From: Saccostrea cucullata
Taxonomy: Eukaryota
Direction: 5' to 3'
Assembly (NCBI RefSeq): GCF_032062105.1
Contig: NW_026922202.1
Location: 1 to 64,000, forward strand
DNA: 64,000 nt
In this document: positions 47,801-61,300 of the stretch, one piece after another
How positions within the stretch are numbered: the stretch's first letter is position 1
How the letters are laid out: each line of letters opens with the position of its first letter
The notes under the pieces: model-generated
Databases searched by the model: none
What the model was told of the DNA's origin: nothing
The model's input: the letters and a program-made list of their open reading frames with translations, nothing else
Program-made: the position numbers and the translations under genes

Positions 47801-50800
47801 TTGATATAAATTTAATATTTCATTAGTAATCAATATTGAATCCTAAATTTGACACAATTTTTCACATCACAATTAGTACTTTACTAAATAATAATAATCT
47901 AGATTTTGCAACTTTTAATACAGATTGTATTTTCTAATGATCCCTTGGAGAACATCACCCCCTTCCTGCTGGTAGACGCAGTGTTGCATACAGTAGACAG
48001 TACATACAAACTGGAATGCCTGTGTGTACATGTGATAGAATGTAATGCTGAGCAGAAAGACAAGTACAGATCTACACATCTAACAGTCATCGAGTGGATT
48101 ACAGTATCCTCAGGTCAGTGTCCAATTTGTGTTTATACAGGACTAAATAACTAAGTAATTACCGGTAAATAAAATTCAACATTCTCTTGTTGATTGAACT
48201 TCAAAGGATATATTTTTTCCTCTGTATTTTGTAATCCTGGTATAATATTCTAGAAAAAAGTGTACTTTTCACTTAAGCTTCTATACATATGCTATAAATT
48301 TGGTTACCATTTTTTGATTGATTAAAGAGAAATTACTCATTGAGGTGAAATTGAATTTTCATTCAAAAGGGGACAAAATTACTTGGGTACAAGAGCGGAG
48401 TAGACGTCTTTATGGGAGACGACCTTACGATTACGCTGCCTTCAGTAAGGACGGGTCTGCTTTGGTTGTCGGGGCTGAGGCAGATTTTGTCTTTGAGTAC
48501 GACTCTCTGAAACCTGTCCGAGAAGAGGAACCCATGGATGCAGAAACCAATGGCCAAGGTCAGAGTTCAAGTTCAGAAATTCTCCATTGTATATCACTCA
48601 GAGAGTCATAATCTTGATCTATTTGTATCATTGCATTTTTTAATATATACATGCATAATTTTTTTGAAACCTTTTTTATAAAGCACCCAAATGATGGAAA
48701 TACTGGTCATTTTGTGTGAAAATATAGGATTATTTTTTACTTTTGTCTTGCATCATACAAAAAATGTTTATATACAAAATTACCTTTAATTTCCCTTGAT
48801 AAATTTTATTTATATTTGATAGAATTTTTTGACATTTTAATCAAAATGTGTGGTCAAAAAAAGAAAAGGGAGAGGCATACCTTAAACCACATTTGGGTAT
48901 AACAGGGCATTCATATGTAATATTAATAAACTGTGATGAATGCTGTTTGTAGAAAAGCCCGAGCCTGAGTACACCTGGTCACAGAACACAGAGGAGGTGA
49001 CTGCTCATTAGTTTCCAGTTGATAAAGCATCTTTGCACATTGTCACATGACACATACTTTGAAATGAAATTTATTATACAGATTTGGGGATCAAAAGAGG
49101 CAGCACTTGGTCAAATTCTGGTTTGGAAAAAACTAAATTACTGTAAACCAACTTTTACAAGCGTGCGAAAAATATTCGAAAGGTTCACCACCTACTCGCA
49201 ATTATTTTTCTGCAAAATATGCTTTGTAAAGAAAGCATTAATCGTCATGGATTGATTTGAAACTGACGAATTGCTAATAAAAGATGACACAAATAATAGT
49301 TGGTTTACAGTATTATAAGCCTGGAAAATAAACATATACTGTAAAATCACATGTTTTTGTGGGGTCAAAATTTTGAGGTTTTAGAAAAAAATATTGTGGG
49401 GATTTGATTTCATGGTGAATGCATGTTTAGTAGGAATGTTATATTTTAATCGTGGTGGAATTGCCATTTGCCTCAGAAAACAACGAAAATTACACCTGGT
49501 CACAGAATAAGAGTGCCAGGATGGACTGCTTTGTTGATTTGTCATACATGTTATTTGTTATATCCATCAAATGTTTGATATATTTCTAAAGTCAGAAAAA
49601 AACTTCACACTGTCACATCAGACATTATAAATGTGTTTTGCTGTATATAAAAGTGTGGAAACCATTTATTGAAGGGTCAGTTGTTTGGGGATATAGATGT
49701 AGAAGGCAGCACTTGGACAATTCAAGACCAGAGGTAAAACATTTAGAAAAAAATTAAATTGCTGTAAGGCACACACATTTCAATTTTTAATTTCCAACTC
49801 AGTGTTACCTGACTCAGATTTATTTGGATTAAAAAAGTACAAGCGGGCTAGAGAGTTAAATTTTAAGAATATTAGATATTTTGGTAGGCAAAATTTTTAT
49901 TTTGCCATTTTGAGATTAAAAATCTTGCCATTATGGCAATTCTTATATTTTTTCTGATTTTCGGAGTAAAAAGATTAAAAGTATGATGAATAGAGCGGAA
50001 ATAGAACTGAAAACAGCAAAGAAATCCCATGGTGTGGGAATTTTAAATTAATATTATTTGTATAGTTTTGTTTAAATACGAGGAACAACAAATTTTTTTG
50101 GTGTGGCCTAAATCAACTTTTACAAGCATGCAAAAAATATTCAAAAGGTTCACAACCTACTTTAACTCGCGATTATTAATCTCCGCAAATCATTCTGCTT
50201 TGTCATTTATGGAGAATTTGTCGTCAGGTGTGAAAACTAATCCTCAGGGATTGATTTGAAACTGACGAATTGCAAATAAAAGATGACACAAATACTAGCT
50301 GGTTTACAGTATATAAGCCAGCCTGGAAAATGTATACTGTAAAATCACATATTTTTGTGGGGTCAAAATTTCGAGAAAAAAAATATTGGTTTGTGGGGAT
50401 TTGATTTCATGGTGAATGCATGTTAAGTAGTTCATAACAAGCCATTTATTATCAAAGTTTATTTGTCAGGCCAAAACTTTATAAGAATGGACTATGATAA
50501 TGCAAATTATATTTTACATTTCTTGGTGGCCTTAAATTCATGGGTCTTTCCATGCCTCATAAACAACAAAAATTAATTCCCAAGAAAATTAGTGATTTCA
50601 CAGTAGTAGAACTCCCTATTAACAAAGTGCTAGGGATGGACAATACTGCTTTGTCAATTTGTCATACATGTTATTTGTTATATACATCAAATGTTTGATA
50701 TATTTCTGAAGTCATAGAAAAAAAAATTTTCACTGTAAGCATCAGTTCATTATAAATGTGTTTTACTGTATGTACAAGTATGTATAGTCTATATGTTGTA

Positions 50801-52428
50801 GAATTGAGATATTGAGACACATGGTTTTGTGATTTTTTCATGAATTCCCCAAAACAGGGTGGAGGTGACATTGAGTAAGTGTGAGGAGCAGGTGTGGTCC
50901 CATATTGTGGTGGGGGACAATCGGGGGGAGATGACGATGGACCCGGCAATGATAGCTCAGATCCATGAAAGGCTGGCAGGACTTACCTCAGACCAAATGG
51001 TCAGTACCATATACAGTAATACTAGGTTACAACAAAGTCACTGGGACTTAAGAAATTACTTCACTATATCCGAAATTTGTTATACATGTATCCGTATAAG
51101 GAATTCATTAAATTCATAGAGCTGGGGATCCAAGATAACTTTGCTATATTCGTGAATTTGCAATATCCGTGTTTGTACTAAACGAGTTTTACTGTACATG
51201 TATAAATGTTACATGTAGTTCATCAAGCTGCTGTTTTCAAAGTCTTCTCTTAAATCACATTTCAAATTTCAACTATTAAGTTTTCCAAGCTTTCTTCATT
51301 GTTACCTGACTCAGATTTATTTGAATTAAAAGGTTATATGCCTTCTAAAGGGAGGTAAATAAGAGAGATCTAAATTTCATCTTCTGGAGAAAATACTTAG
51401 ATATAGCTAATAGTCAGTGTCCTCTAAGTTTCCCTTATTCTGCCATTGTGAGATTAAAAATCTTGCCATTATGGCAATTCTCTCACGAATTCTTCTATTT
51501 TGAAATGCGTGTAAGCATGCAAACAAGTTGATAAAAATAAGTGGAAATTTTTCTTCTTTGTTGTAGAATCCTGATCCTGAAGAGGGAAAAGAAAAACCAT
51601 ACAACTCACAACAGCTTGAGGAGTGTGACGTTTTCCCAGACGAATCCTCTTCTATAATGAGATTTGACGGAGATACGCATAAAATTACACACCAGGTAAT
51701 CATTATAGTATAGTTGATTAAATGTAAAAGCAAATTATTTTATTGAAGTGTTTTCAAAAGTGTACATTTTTCAATGAAGTTGAATTATCATTAGTATATT
51801 TATAGCTTTTTGTTACGAGAAAAATTCTCACAGAATTTGAGGGAGTGAATAATACAATTTTAATAAATTTTAAATCTGTTCAATATTTCAACATGATTAT
51901 ATTGTTTTTTTTTTCTTTTTAAACTAACAGACAAACACGGGAAGCCATCAGTTTCTTTTCTCTGCCTCTCTTGATAAAGACAAGCCTCTGGCTCTCTGTT
52001 TACGTCATGACGTCGACGGCATCATGTGGCAGCCGGAAAACCAGTGCAAAGAAACGGAACTTCCCTGGCAACATGTGGCAACGTTCAATGCATTTGGTTA
52101 TGTTCAGGCCTCTAAACAAAATCGTAAATTTACTTTATGTGCCCCAGACTGTTCGTTTGCTATTATTTGTGACATTTGGCGACACGCATATGTATATAGG
52201 CAGCCAGAACCTATTGCAACTCCAGTCAGAAATCGGAAAGATGGACGACAGATTAGCCATGTTGCCAAGCAACAGGTGGTTTCGTTGGAATGTACCGATC
52301 ACATTGTCGGTGTACAGGCAACATCACAGAAACTCTATATTCTGACTGAATCTGTATTACATGCTGTTCAAATCAACTCAGGGATACAAATTCAGTCCTC
52401 AGTTTCAGAAACAAGCATGTGGAATTAA
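44848..52428 (+). CDS. NUDCD1: NudC domain-containing protein 1; exons 44848-44959, 45764-45915, 46513-46698, 47924-48113, 48370-48558, [CS-domain exon disrupted, ~48953-49733], 50858-50999, 51567-51695, 51931-52428
   Basis: RRELLDPNFDGYKLSL N-terminus; QYSYHHAKLFGVHNHL; GDGAGKL; YTWSQ..STWTI; QIHERLAGLTS; LEECD; LRHDVDG..WQP..HVATFNAFGYVQASK. Confidence 0.88.
46778..47741. mobile_element. Fold-back non-autonomous DNA transposon with ~300-bp TIRs, CA..TG ends and a 7-bp TSD (P-superfamily-like)
   Basis: CACAGGAGTCTGAAGTTTT...AAAACTTCAGACTCCTGTG; TSD GTATAGT at 46771-46777 and 47742-47748. Confidence 0.85.
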
Positions 52429-52743
52429 TGTTCACACATTCATGAAGAGCATAACTAAAGCTTCACATTTATCTGATTTGGAATCATTTTTTTGCCATCA
52501 AATTAAATGTACTCATTTTGTTGATGTTTTCAAAAACGTTGTTTTTGTTAATTTTGATAAATCAGTGAGACAGTAAATTAAACTGTATAATAATGTTGTG
52601 TGCAATTTTATTTAATGAGTAAAAGTGGAGTGAATATTATACAGTCAAAGCACTTGAGTATTGATGTGCATCAAGCATAATTCAGCTCCGCTAAGGAACA
52701 GCACAAATATAAAATCTATAATTATTAAATATCAATATGGTCA

Positions 52744-53767
52744 TTATACATGTTTGTTTGATGTTTCTAGTAACTTTTGGTAACTTTGAAGAACAGTATC
52801 TGGGATAATCTGTGGAATCTGAAAACCTTTCTGTGGATAGATTTGTATTCTGTAAAGACACCCTATCATAGCACTAATAACGTCATGCAATGCCCCCACC
52901 TCTGTATTGGGGTAACTGAGCATTGGGATGGGTGGTGATGTCACTAAAACTTGCAAATCTGGAGTTTCCGAAAAACCTGGCCATTGTTTCATAAATGTGG
53001 CGTAAACTCTTCTCTCCATGTAGGGCATCTGCACCAAAAGTATCTTTTCTTTTGGCAATAAGTTTCCTTGTTTTAGGACGTTGTATGAAAAGCGTACATT
53101 TTCACCTGTATTAGTGGCATTGGATTCCAACAAGATTTGATTTTTATCGACACCTAGAGATATGGCCACGTCTTTGAATATTTCAGCTTCAGGTTTTGTC
53201 CATTTTCCTAAAAGGCACACAAAACAATTATTCAGTCAGGACAGTTATATAGTAAGGATGATACTGCATTTTTAAATGTCATCTTTATTCAAAGATTCAA
53301 TGACTGAAAATTAAGGAATTCACCTCTTGTATTTGCACCTTCCTTTCCCGAGAACAGAATCCAGGGTGCCATTCCTTGAAGCCATAACTTGGCACCATGT
53401 TCAGCTGTCCGTAAATCATGATTTCCTAGTACCAGTATAACATCACTCTGCAATGAAAAAAAAAATAAATGATCAGATTTGCTGTTAGTTTCTAAAACTG
53501 TAACATATATTATTTTCAGGAATGGAGGTAGGGGTCTGTTTATAACAGTGCCGTTGCCACCATTTGTGTAATAAAAAATCAACCCCTTAAAAATTGATGA
53601 AAATTGAAGCAGATGTACTCATTCATATCCAATTAAAATGTAATTATCCAGTCTGACAGGATCATCAGTACTTTTGAAATTTCATGTCCAAGAATCAAGT
53701 AATCCCATATTTTCTGAGCCAATAAATGTATATGTTTATTCACCAATCAAGGGCCCACGGGGGGCAT
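52744..53767 (-). CDS. DUF218 / YdcF-like (SCO4629-like) protein; exons 53767-53672, 53447-53324, 53207-52744 (5' end uncertain, in-frame TGA at codon 7)
   Basis: AQKIWDYL..|SDVILVLGNHDLRTAE..ILFSG..|EAEIFKDVAISLGV..ILLESNATNTGENVRFS..PYMERRVYATF; phases consistent. Confidence 0.8.
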
Positions 53768-55326
53768 GAACAAATTATTACAATATGATAATATTGATTA
53801 CAATTCTATATTATAACTGGTGATCATTGGGAACAAAGCTGTTGTCTTTAATGCAGTGTAAATTCCTCGTTAAGGTACTCTTAAAAGAAGAAGAAATACG
53901 ACGAGTTGTTTAATAAGCCATTTTCAATATTCAACAAGTGAAATTGTGTGTACACACTAAATTAATATGACAGCAGGTAAATACTTTCATTTTTAAAGAA
54001 AAATAAGTCGTTCAATGGATTTGAGAGAATCGCAAAATTGAAAATCTCTATAGCAAAGACCTATATATCTAATTATCTGCTTTTGTTATGTTATAACATC
54101 TGTATTAAACTAAAATATGCACACAAATTTGAAATTAGAATAAACTGAGTTAATTTAGGTTCTTTTTTAAATGTATCTTTGTATTTTTTAAAGAGAATAA
54201 TTGAAATTTCGACAATGCTACGAAGAAAAAGTATATTTATTATGCAACAAAAAGAAGCCCGCCATTTTCGATATATCAAAAAATATACATTGTGTACAAA
54301 AAACTAAATTGATATGTAATATTATTCTTATAGCAGGTAAATATTTAATATAGCATGTTGTAAGAGACTATATTACCATTTTAAAAGCAATTTAGCATTG
54401 AAAGAAACTGAATGATGATAAGGAAAGTATGACAGAAATACCTTATGCCCCAATGGGTAGTATCACGTGGTCATTATTTCAGAGACTAGTGTGTGTGGAA
54501 GCTGCAGATCCTGTAGTTCGCTGGTCTGAAAAAAATTGAGAAGGACTTTTCTATTTAGAGAAGTGGACAGGCTTTCGCCTACATCCTTGTCCATTTTTCT
54601 AAAGAGAATAATAGAAGACCCGAGAGCTACAGTGCCACTCACTGAAGAAAAAGTGTATTATGCAACAAAATAGAAGCTGTTTCTCGAAAAATTCCTCTGT
54701 ATATATCAAAATCAAATTACTACTTACTACATGTATGTGTTTCTAATATATTTTCTTACTACTTCCACAACAAAGTTTTATGTACCAGTCATGTATGAAG
54801 ATTGAAGTGCATTGGACTGAAATGTCTTGAAACTTAAAATGGCCTTTTAAATGGGAAATTATTGATGGTTTTAATTTCAGGCCCAGGAGGGTAATTAACA
54901 AAGGGTTTGAGGAATGTTTCATTGTGTTAGTAGTATAAAAAAGTATGTTAGAAATAACACAGTTTTTATTATTTTGAGAAGACATATATATACGGAGAAT
55001 TAAATAATGACACAGCGCACTTCTTTGTGCACAATAAATTTACACATTTTTCTGGTCGTCCAGGGTCCATCCCAATTTTTTTCAGACCCTTAAGCTACAG
55101 ATGTAGTCCATAAATTGTATGAATGAATATGTACAAATGTAACATATTTCAAGTAGCAGTACACATTAGTGAATTCACACTTCATTATCATTCGGTGATT
55201 TAAAATGTTGAGAATAAGCTAAAAGTAGCACCCATAAAAAATAATCCACTGTATGATATAAATAGAGTGTTGTGTTTAATATAGCTTATGAAATGTACTT
55301 AACATTTATTTTTTTTTAAATTTTAG

Positions 55327-58300
55327 ACAAAAGTTCAACAGAAGCAAGGTATAGCAAACAAGTGTTCAACATGATCACTGATGATGAAGCTTATTTGATT
55401 ACTTCTTGATTAAAAAAAACTGTTTTCATCTCCATATACAGTGATATACCCCAGCAACATCAATGTAAAACAAAAACTAAAACTGAATGTACCAGTATGC
55501 TGTATTTGTAAAGTGAATTTAATAGAAGTTTTTAAAATGATTTTATCCAAGTTATTTCTTAATACAAATTCTGAAATGTATTTCTCTTTTAAAGTGAGGG
55601 GGATGCCATTAAAGTGTTTGTGAGAATTCGCCCCCCTGATTCCTACGACAATGATCGGGGTTGTCAACCTTGTGTGTCTGTCAATGAAAGCAAGACAGCC
55701 GTCATCGTTCAAAGCAAACCAGATTCAAAAACCTATACATTTGATCATGTTGCAGATTATCAAGATACTCAGGTACCTTATTCATGAATAACATCGGTAA
55801 ATATACATTTGAATTATGTTCTTAGGATTGTCTGTTTCAAAATCCAGGGTATAAAATTGATCATATATCTTATCTTTTGAAAATGAAATTGTTAGCACAG
55901 TAGAGTGTTAGATCGTTTATAGTATTGATATTTGTCTCAAAACTTGGAAAGTTTGGAAATATGTAGAAAAGTTATCTTCCACATATTTTATTCATGTAAT
56001 GAACTTGCATAATTTACCTAGATATGTGTATGAATACTTATGAACTGTACTTCAGAGAATGAATCGATTGAATTGATTTTCCTTTTATTAATATTTTAGG
56101 AGTCAGTTTTTACCATCATGGGTAAGAAAATAATTGAGAGCTGCGTAACAGGATATAATGGAACCATATTTGCTTAGTGAGTACAATAGTCCTGTATGAG
56201 GCCATATGTGAATTTTTTGTTTTCTTTTTTTTTTTTTGGCAATTAATTTGACATTTTTTAATCATACATTTTACTTTGATTTTTTAACATGATAGGTGAG
56301 GATGGAAAATAAAAAACATTTAGGCAATATATGAACTTATTTTTCCATTTCTAATTTTTTTTTTTTGATAACTCAGTGGTACCGGAATGTAAATTAGGCA
56401 GGTTGACAGGTCAGGAGCTAAGTAGGCCTAATATGCATGCAAATCTCGTGCACATCTCTCTCTGTGTCTCACGCTAAGGAGGCCAAATATGCATGTAAAA
56501 ATAAAAACTATTGAAATTTAGGCAATATATGAATGTTTTATAATTGAGTACTAACTAGACAGTAGAATACATGCATGACATTCATGTCATGATCATGGTG
56601 ATAGAGCAAATCCACAATAATGATGTCTGTAACACCATCGTCAGAAACCCACAGCCAATCTGGCATAAGCTTATTTTAATAAGTGTATGTGAGATTGGCC
56701 GTGGGTTTCAAACGATGCTGTAAAACATGCATTTTTTTTTTACAACATTGTCAAAGTGTATTTTAATTACTCAAAATAAAAATATTTACATTTGTAACTA
56801 ATAATTTGCATTTCAGCATTTTTTGCATTTTAGCCATTGGCTAAAGTGAATGGTTCATTAATGTACATGTGTAGCAGTTTTCATTATATATGTGAACTCT
56901 GTATATAGGTCCATCTGATGATGTAGACAATTTCCAGCATGACTTAAGGGGAGTCACTCCAAGGAGTTTTGAATATCTGTTCAATTTGATTAATGAAAAA
57001 CAGGAAAATGTGAGTACTGTATATTGACATCCATTGTTAGTATAAAACACCATTATTTTGGTTTGAAAATTTTACAGTGGATAGTGTAAATATTAATATT
57101 GTAATTAACTGGTAGAGAAATACACATGTAATTGTATTAATTATAATCACTTTAATCAGTATAGTAATTGGATGTACAGTACAAGTGTAAAAAAAAAAAA
57201 ATTTTAAATATCCTTTTCTGTAGGGGTCAGAGTTCCTCTTGAAATGCTCATTCTTGGAGATCTACAATGAGCAGATATATGACCTTATGGAGCCCTCGAC
57301 AATGACCCTTCACCTGCGGGAGAATATGAAGAAGGGGGTATTTGTGGACAGATTGACTGAAATCTCAGTGACTACAGCACTGGAAGCCTATGAGGTCAGA
57401 GTTTTGGAAAAATGATTTGCTTTGAAAATTTCCTGCACAAATTTCAAGATGCAAAAGTTAAAAAATAAAATATAAACAAGTACATTTATTATCTAAAGGC
57501 ATTATTTGTATTCATCATCATGAAGGGTACTTATACATTGTATGATGACTTTTAAAAAGATCTACACTTAAACAATAAAAATGTACATATACATCTATCT
57601 GATTGACAGGTTTTAACATCTGGTTGGATCAACAGAAGAGTAGCGTCTACTTCAATGAACAGAGAGAGTTCCAGGAGTCATGCTGTGTTCACCATTCAAA
57701 TTGAATCCAAGGTGTGTAGATATTAAAGTAAAAGTACATGTATATGCAGTTTATATAAACACATATTTTGGATCTGTATAGACATAGAGATATTAAAATG
57801 TGCCTTTCACATTTCATTCAAATGATGTTAGTACATGAAAAAGTTAAAAACACTTCTCTATAGATACATGTACATGTATGTCTATTTGTGCTTTTGCTTT
57901 TGTTTACAGTGAAATTGTAAGAGGATATCTGGTTGTTGGTTTAGTGGGGAGGAGGGGTCCTCTCTTCTCCTTGTTCTAATGCATTTTATAAGTATTAAAT
58001 AATATTTTTCCATGCTGTACAGACATTTTTAGATATAATTTTTAAGTCAATGGATGTTTTTTCAGCAACCTCAAGGGAAGGGAGTAAAGAATTTGAAGGA
58101 GTCTCAGTTGAATTTGGTTGATTTGGCAGGGAGTGAGAGGCAAAAGGATACTAATGCAGTAGGACAGAGATTAAAGGTTTGTAAATGGAAATTAACTCTA
58201 CTTGTTATTCTTTAATGAAATCAGAGGAAACTTTATATTTGTAAAGTGTACTTTGATAAACATTACAATAATGCAAATTTTATTATACAGATACTTTACA

Positions 58301-61300
58301 ATCAATTCCCAGTTTTTCATGAAAAATACATGTATACAGGTATAAATCAGAGTTAATAAATTTTCAAAAGAAAGTCAAACATTATAAGGTATATAATGTA
58401 CAGTGTATATATATGTAGATAAACAATGTATGTCAAATTTAATGACACAAAAATATAATATCTTTGACAATGCATGTTTATGTGTTTGTATGTCTCTATA
58501 TGACTTTATTTTTGTGGTTGTCAGGAGGCGGGGAGCATCAACAAGAGTCTGTCTATCCTGGGGAACGTGATCATGTCTCTAGTGGACATCGCCCACGGTA
58601 AATCTCGACACATTCCCTACAGAGATTCCAGGCTCACCTTCCTACTCAGGGTAACAATGATTTGTGTTATGAAAAAGTTAATAATGCTGGAAAAAATTAA
58701 AGTTTAAAAAAGAAAAATGTTGATTCAGGACATGTTTGACTGTTTACTTTCAAAATAATTTTGAATTGTTTAATGTTATTACACGAATATGTAGGAAATA
58801 AAGTACATGCATATTATGACCAATCTGCAATTTTGCAGAAATGCAAGGTAAAAACTCTTTATCATTTGGCATACATGTTAACCTATTGTGATGAAAAAGA
58901 GGGAGATTCAGACCTCAAAAGCGGTAGCATTGCGCGCGTGTTGTTTAACGCTTGGATTACCGATATCTTTCAAGTAATATACATGTATATTATAAGCCTA
59001 ATGAAATCAGGTACCTACATTAATTAATCTTAAATATCAACAGGAAAGAAGAAGACAGAAATACCATAAGTTTGACATAAATTGTACAAATTCAGATATT
59101 TTTCATGCTCATTATTTTGCTTGGATTGGCTGCTTTACTTAGCCTTTTGAAGAGTGATTACCTAGAAGCAATAATTCTGAATGTTCATTTAGTTTTTTTT
59201 AAAAAAAAAATGATGGCATGGTTTAATCTAGATCTAAAACAAGTTTGTATCTTTCGTTATATAAATCAGATTTACCGCGATGATCGAAAACGAAAGTAGA
59301 GATGTGCCACATGGCTTGGTCAATCGAGTGATTTCTATTGATTTAATTTATAAAGTTGTGAACTTCTGTGCTTTTGAAGACGATGTCAAATGTTTTCATC
59401 TAATTCATAAAAGCTGTATCAGCTATCTCCTTTTTCATGGCAGGGATGTTGATTAATTTATCGTAACCAATGTAATCACTGGTAGTCTTATGTTGTTGTC
59501 GTTGTCAAATCCGTGCTTGAAATCTATGTACAAAAAAAGCGTTTGTATGATTCAAAGTCAAATCACGCGATATCTAGCGAGATTTTATGAGAGTGGCTTC
59601 AAAAAAATGGATAAGCGACCAAAAATACTTTAGTTTACGCAGCTTTTGTAGAAAAGCGGTAGATTTATGAATTAAATCGGTAGGCGGGAGATGGAGTGAA
59701 AAAGCGGTAGACTCCCGCCTAAATCGGGAGAGTTAACATGTATGCATTTGGAGAGCCATTTAATTTTTGCCAGATCCTGATTAATATGTTTTTTTTTCTT
59801 CCTTTAACAGGATTCTCTTGGAGGCAATGCTAAAACACATATCATTGCTTGTATCCACCCAGGCTCCAAGTAAGTTAGAGTAAACTGGAAGATTCTTTTG
59901 TGTAAAAGAAGTTTTATGAGTTTATATTTTGTCTTACATGCACTTTGTAAATGTGAATCAAATTAAATTTGCTAGAAACACAGCAGAAGTAACATTGCCC
60001 AAAATATGTTAGATACATGTTTTTTTTTTCTGTAGCCCTGTAAATAATATGCATGAAAAGCTATACATGTACATACACATATACACATTTCTGATTTATT
60101 TCTATAATAATGTTATTATACCCCCCGCAAACGAAGTTTGGGGGGGTATATAGGAATCACCTTGTCCGTCTGTCCGTCTGTCCGTCTGTCTGTGCAATTG
60201 TGTCCGGTCCATATCTTTCTTACAGAGGGACATTAGAATCTACTACTCCACACTAAGATTGCTCATAACCTAAGGGTGTGTCATGACCTTGACCAAAGGT
60301 CATTTGGGGAAGTTCAAGGTCACTGGAAGAAAAATTTCATAATTCGTGTCCGGTCCATATCTTTCTTATGGATAAACTTGGTAGGTTCTCATTTCACACT
60401 AAGATTGCTCATAACCTAAGGGTGTGTCATAACCTTGACCAAAGGTCATTTGGGGAAGTTCAAGGTCACTGGAAGAAAAATTTCATAATTCGTGTCCTGT
60501 CCATATTTTTCTTATGGATAAACTTGGTAGGTTCTTATTTCACACAAAGATTGCCCATGACCCAAGGGTGTGTCATGACCTTGACCCAAGGTCATTTGGG
60601 GAAGTTCAAGGTCACTGGGAGAAAAATTTCAAAATTCATGTTTGACACATATCTTTTATGGATAAACTTGGTAGGTTCTCAGTTCATACAAAGATTGCCC
60701 ATGACCCAAGGGTGTGTCATGACCTTGACCCAAGGTCATTTGGGGAAGTTCAAGGTCACTGGAAGAAAAATTTCATAATTTGTGTCCGGTCTCTATCTTT
60801 CTTATGGATAAACTTGGTAGGTTTTCATTTCACATAAAGATTGCCCATGACCCAAGGGTGTGTCATGACCTTGACCCAAGGTCATTTGGAGAAGTTCAAG
60901 GTCACTGGTAGAAAAATTTAATAATTCGTGTCCGGTCCATATCTTTCTTAAGGATAAACTTGGTAGGTTCTCATTTCATACAAAGATTGCCCATGACCCA
61001 AGGGTGTGTCATGACCTTGACCCAAGGTCATTTGGGGAACTTCAAGGTCACTGGAAGAAAAATTTCATAATTCGTGTCCGGTCTATATCTTTCTTATGGA
61101 TAAACTTGGTAGGTTTTCATTTCACATTAAGATTGCCCATGACCCAAGGGTGTGTCATGACCTTGACCCAAGGTCATTTGGGAAGTTCAAGGTCACTGGA
61201 AGAAAAATTTTATAAGTCGTGTTTGATACATATCTTTATTATGCAAAAACTTACTTCTGAAAAACCCAGCGGGGGGTATTTTGTCCCAATTGGACAGTTC

